From Utricularia gibba (lineage: Eukaryota; Plantae; Magnoliophyta): a DNA stretch of 64,000 nt. Under the pieces are notes generated by a model. That model was not told the DNA's origin. It saw only the letters and a list, made by a program, of their open reading frames with translations, and did no database searches. The first letter of the stretch is position 1, and the number at the start of each line of letters is the position of its first letter. Positions 60,260 through 64,000 of the stretch are shown here, in pieces. A program made the translations under genes and the position numbers. The DNA is taken from contig NEEC01000010.1 of NCBI GenBank assembly GCA_002189035.1, positions 3,038,001 through 3,102,000 on the forward strand. The letters run 5' to 3'.

Positions 60260-63200
60260 ATTAATCAACTTTTGATCTTATCTTCAAATGTATATGAGTT
60301 AAACTGCTTGAAAATGATGTTGATCTAGCACAACCTCTGGTATTCACTCTTCTTGCTGTATTGTGAACAAGATCAAATGGAGATGTACCCTATCCACTCT
60401 CAGGAATTGATGGATTAAATTGCCTTTTGTATATTTTCGCAAGGGTATTTACTTGATAATATTTTGAAATATAAGAACTTGCATCTTCATTGAAATCCTT
60501 GTACACCTAAGAGCGGAATAAAGTTAACAACTGTTATGATATTACAAATAACATGATACATCAAAAGATAATTCTTACTTGAATGTCATGTGAACATGGA
60601 ATAGCTTTTTGCTGCCACTTTCCACAAGTACATGTCAAATATGTCAAACAAACAATATAATAATGTTTGTTTTTTCTAGAATTTTTGCTCTGAGACATCA
60701 CAGTGGCACTCATTTTCTCTGCATTGTATTTCTTGATCCTGTAGTTGATTGATTTGTCATCACATTTCTTATTAACAGATAGTGAATATGGAGTAAGCAA
60801 TTGACCCCTTTCCATGAGTAAATCCATCTTTGCTTTACTATTTGTGAAAATCTTAACATATCTCTCGAAAGTGGCCTCAACAAGAGCTTTTGGAGGTAAT
60901 ATTTGTGCTCTACGTAAAACACTATTTAATGATTCAGAGATACTTGTGGTATGCACACCACATCTACAAAAATAAGAAATGTAAGGTTAACATAGTAATA
61001 ATATGAATAAAATTATACCATTTCAAGTTACCTAATGGCATCATCATATGATAGTGTTCATCGCTTTCGATCGATTTCATGGAGATACTCAAATGCTGCC
61101 TCATTTTTATTTCTGATTTTCTGCATAACTATCTGAAACTTTTCTTTTTTTGAACTCAAGGCAGCTTCCCAAAATAAATTAACCAAATGTTTCGACCTGA
61201 AATGAGATATGAAATTTGCAAGTAGATGTTGCATACAAAATTTGTAATCTCCCATAGGCTCATTGAAAGCAAGTATATCCTTAATTGCAGATAATAATCA
61301 TGCACCACGGTCAGTTACTAGAAAAATACGATGTAATTTCATGATATGCTTAACCAAAATGTTAAAAAACCAATAGCAGGATTCATAAGATTCTTCCTCA
61401 ACAATAGCAAATGCAAGTGGAATTATAGTGCGGTCACCATCAAATGGCATGCTATTAGAAGGTGATATCTATATCCTGCATATAGATGTGTTCCATCAAC
61501 AGTAATAATTGGACGACAATACCTAAAAGCATGGACGCATGATCCAAAAGCCCAAAATATATGGTGTAGCATTTGCTTGCCATCATGGGAACGAAGATTC
61601 TCATATTCAAATATAGTATTTGTGATAAAACAAATATGTTAGTAAACAAACATCAATATTTGTAAAATAATAAAAATGAATTAACTGGATTGGATTCCTT
61701 AATAGATAACAAATAAGAAGAGAGCTTTGTCATCGATTCCTCCCAAGTACCATACATATTCATGATAGCACGCCTAATAACAGTCCATCCAAGCTTATAT
61801 GATATTTTGAAATGATAAACTTCATAAATATCATCAATCACATCAGAAACACGTATCCATGGATTTGCTTTAACCTTGTTCATGATATGAAGAGACATAA
61901 ATTTGCTAGTAATGCTATCATTTCTAGCAGTTCTAGAACTGCTAGAAAAGCAAGTATGAGGTCCCTCATATTGTGTCACAGTTCAAAATTGAGTGACACT
62001 GCTATTCCATACTCTAACACGCCATTCACATGGAGGTGTTGCATTTCAGTTGATACAATTTATCTCATACTACTTGTTATTGCTCTTCTCAACATGAAAA
62101 GACTTTTTCAGCTTCGTGATACAATAATAATTCAATGCTTTCTTCATTGAAGTTTTATCTTTGAAGAAAACCTCTTTGCATGGATCACCGCTTGTCCCAT
62201 CATATAAGTTTAAAGTCTTCTCAAACTCAACTGCTGTTGGAATTTGCATTGCTACATCGCTTTCATAAAACCTACTTTCTATTTGTTCATCATCATCATC
62301 ACTTGAAGAAAGTGGAGATGGAATAATTTCTTGCTTCATTTCGTTTTCAGCTTGCTCAGTAGCATCTTCCTCACATAAATGATCCGAATCCCATAATATG
62401 TCTTCATCACAAGGTGATTCTGGTGGTGAAGAATTGTGATATGTTGGTAAAGTATATGGATTATTATGACTGGTTGATGCTTCTCCAACATTAACTAGAA
62501 ATAAAACATAAAATATATCATTAGCACAAATTAATTATATGAATTCAAAAAAATATCTTAAATATAATCTAAAACTAATAATAATAAAATGTTATTTGGA
62601 AAAAAATTACATACTATTGTATTGTTGAATGATCAAATTCATGAAGTTTGGAGTTGCATTAATATACATATCAACACTTGAAATCATACGACTTTGATTA
62701 AAAATCAAAGACAAACTATCATCTGTTTGATCAAGATGATGACAGTACCTCTGAAAACCCATTGTTGAATCCATAGCAACATAATTCACAATGATGGTAA
62801 TAGAATACTCACTTGAAGATAGTTGCATAACTTCATAAATCAACGACACCAGCATCGATATTGATGTATCTTGAGCAACCAAAGCAGAAAATCGTGGTGA
62901 TGAATCATAGCACACACCATTGTTTCCATAAAACAAGTTACCTCCCCAATACAACCGGATCTCAATTGGAGAGGAAGCCATTGAAATTGTAAGAGGAATA
63001 AAAGAATAAAGAATAATGATATGAGATGTGTATTTCATTATATACTTCGTTTTGAATTTTGAATTAAAAAAAAGACAAATGAATTTAATATTACATCAAA
63101 CTTTTTCAGAATTTTAATTTTAAAATTTGAACATGTCAGTATCAGATGTGTACTATTGCTTCGTTTTTTAATTTTGAATTGGAAAAAATACAAATGAATT

Positions 63201-63724
63201 TAATATTACACCAAACTTTTTCAGAATTTTAATGCTAAAATCTGAACATGTCAGTATCACATGTGTACTATTGCTTCGTTTTTTAATTTTGAATTGGAAA
63301 AAAGACAAATGAATTTAATATTACACCAAACTTTTTCAGAATTTTAATATTAAAATCTAAACATGTCAGTATCACATGTATATTATTAATTCATTTTTTA
63401 ATTTTTAATTTAAAAAAAGATAAATTAATATAATGTTACACCAAATTTTTTACAGAATTTTAATGCTAAAACCTGAACATATCAATGTCATATATGTATT
63501 ATTGTGATGATCAAATTGATTATAATATAATATAAAAAGAAATAAATATAATATATTATTTATTTGAATTTTCGTGTAAAATATGAATATAAAATGTTAA
63601 TTGAATTTTGGTGTAAAAATTAAATAAAAACTGATGATGTGTAAATAAAATGAAGCACTAGAATACAAAGTTGGCTACTTATTAAAATTCTATATCCAGT
63701 GTTGGTGTGATAAGTAATTTGCCC
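60260..63724 (-). mobile_element. Degenerate Mutator-like (MULE/MuDR) DNA transposon
   Basis: ATG at 62981 (MASSPIEIRLYWGG). MuDR-type FFKDKTSMKKALNYYCI, YEGPHTC, FWAFGSCVHAFRYCRPIITVDGTHLY (first catalytic D), TDRG (second D), CMQHLLANF, TTSISESLNSVLRRA (E), SWIM finger TCTCGKWQQKAIPCSH. Multiple stops and frameshifts. Boundaries are approximate because no TIR/TSD pair was confirmed. Confidence 0.92.
63024..63504. repeat. Tandem array of about four 114-115-bp units upstream of the MULE transposase
   Basis: Units start at 63045, 63159, 63274 and 63389. Shared core: GACAAATGAATTTAATATTACACCAAACTTTTTCAGAATTTTAAT..TGAACATGTCAGTATCACATGTG. Confidence 0.93.
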
Positions 63725-64000
63725 TGAAAAGACCACTACCCAAACGACGTTGAGCCTTGCGTGGGCCCTCGCCCGGACCCCTGCGGTACTGGGACCCACC
63801 TGTCCGAGATTTATCGGCAGCTACGAACCTCTAAAAATATGAAATTAAATTAAATATTGGATTAATAACTAATTTAGAAGTAATCGAGAATATATAAAAT
63901 ATATATAATCTAATGCCGGATCTGATCTAATCTAATCTTCTTGAAGGGGGGCTGGTAGGAGGGAGCTTGGTTTTCCGGCGGCGCCGACGGCAGAGTAGCC

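Noticed and set aside
59885-63741. Candidate MULE TIR pair GGGTAGTTGTCT (59885) / AGACCACTACCC (63730-63741)
   Set aside because: 11/12 match only, the similarity collapses inward, and the 9-bp flanks (GGATTATGA versus AAACGACGT) form no TSD.
63910-64000. GC-rich minus-strand segment that could be the 3' end of a gene entering from the right edge
   Set aside because: Only about 90 nt are visible, all three frames are open for 20-30 codons, and the frame and identity cannot be assigned.
1-64000. CRISPR arrays, rRNA, tRNA or prokaryote-type systems
   Set aside because: None seen. The sequence is intron-containing plant nuclear DNA, and the only regular array is the 115-bp MULE-associated tandem repeat, which has no unique spacers.

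Overview
Gene-dense stretch of a eudicot nuclear genome. It has about 19 loci in the first 59 kb, most introns are 60-170 nt, and several intergenic gaps are only 150-400 bp, which suggests a compact genome; the species cannot be determined from the sequence. In order: vacuolar processing enzyme (5'-truncated), AG peptide, CXXC/DUF866 zinc-binding protein, disrupted neprosin-family peptidase, EPSIN1-like, P-class PPR, tandem CCCH zinc finger (TZF), ATP-PFK, MED17, a coiled-coil membrane-anchored unknown, ENOD93-like, a decayed SmB copy, NUP85, two tandem potato-type-II protease inhibitors, a DnaJ-like zinc-finger protein, plastidial starch phosphorylase, EMF1-like, a spliced unit with no recognisable ORF, a YUCCA (YUC2/6 clade), and a dead Mutator-like element with a 115-bp tandem array. 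Five otherwise intact genes plus the neprosin copy each lack one base in a G/C homopolymer, which most likely reflects long-read consensus error rather than biology. I cannot demonstrate a new biological system from the sequence alone. The best leads are: (1) a 2.8-kb multi-intron, apparently non-coding unit that may splice into the YUCCA leader; (2) a perfect snRNA-type USE+TATA promoter with no snRNA behind it; (3) two consecutive in-frame, stop-free introns in EMF1; (4) an SmB pseudogene head-to-head with NUP85; (5) reactive-loop divergence between the tandem Pin-II genes. Exon boundaries were read by eye, and homology calls come from recalled motifs, not database searches.
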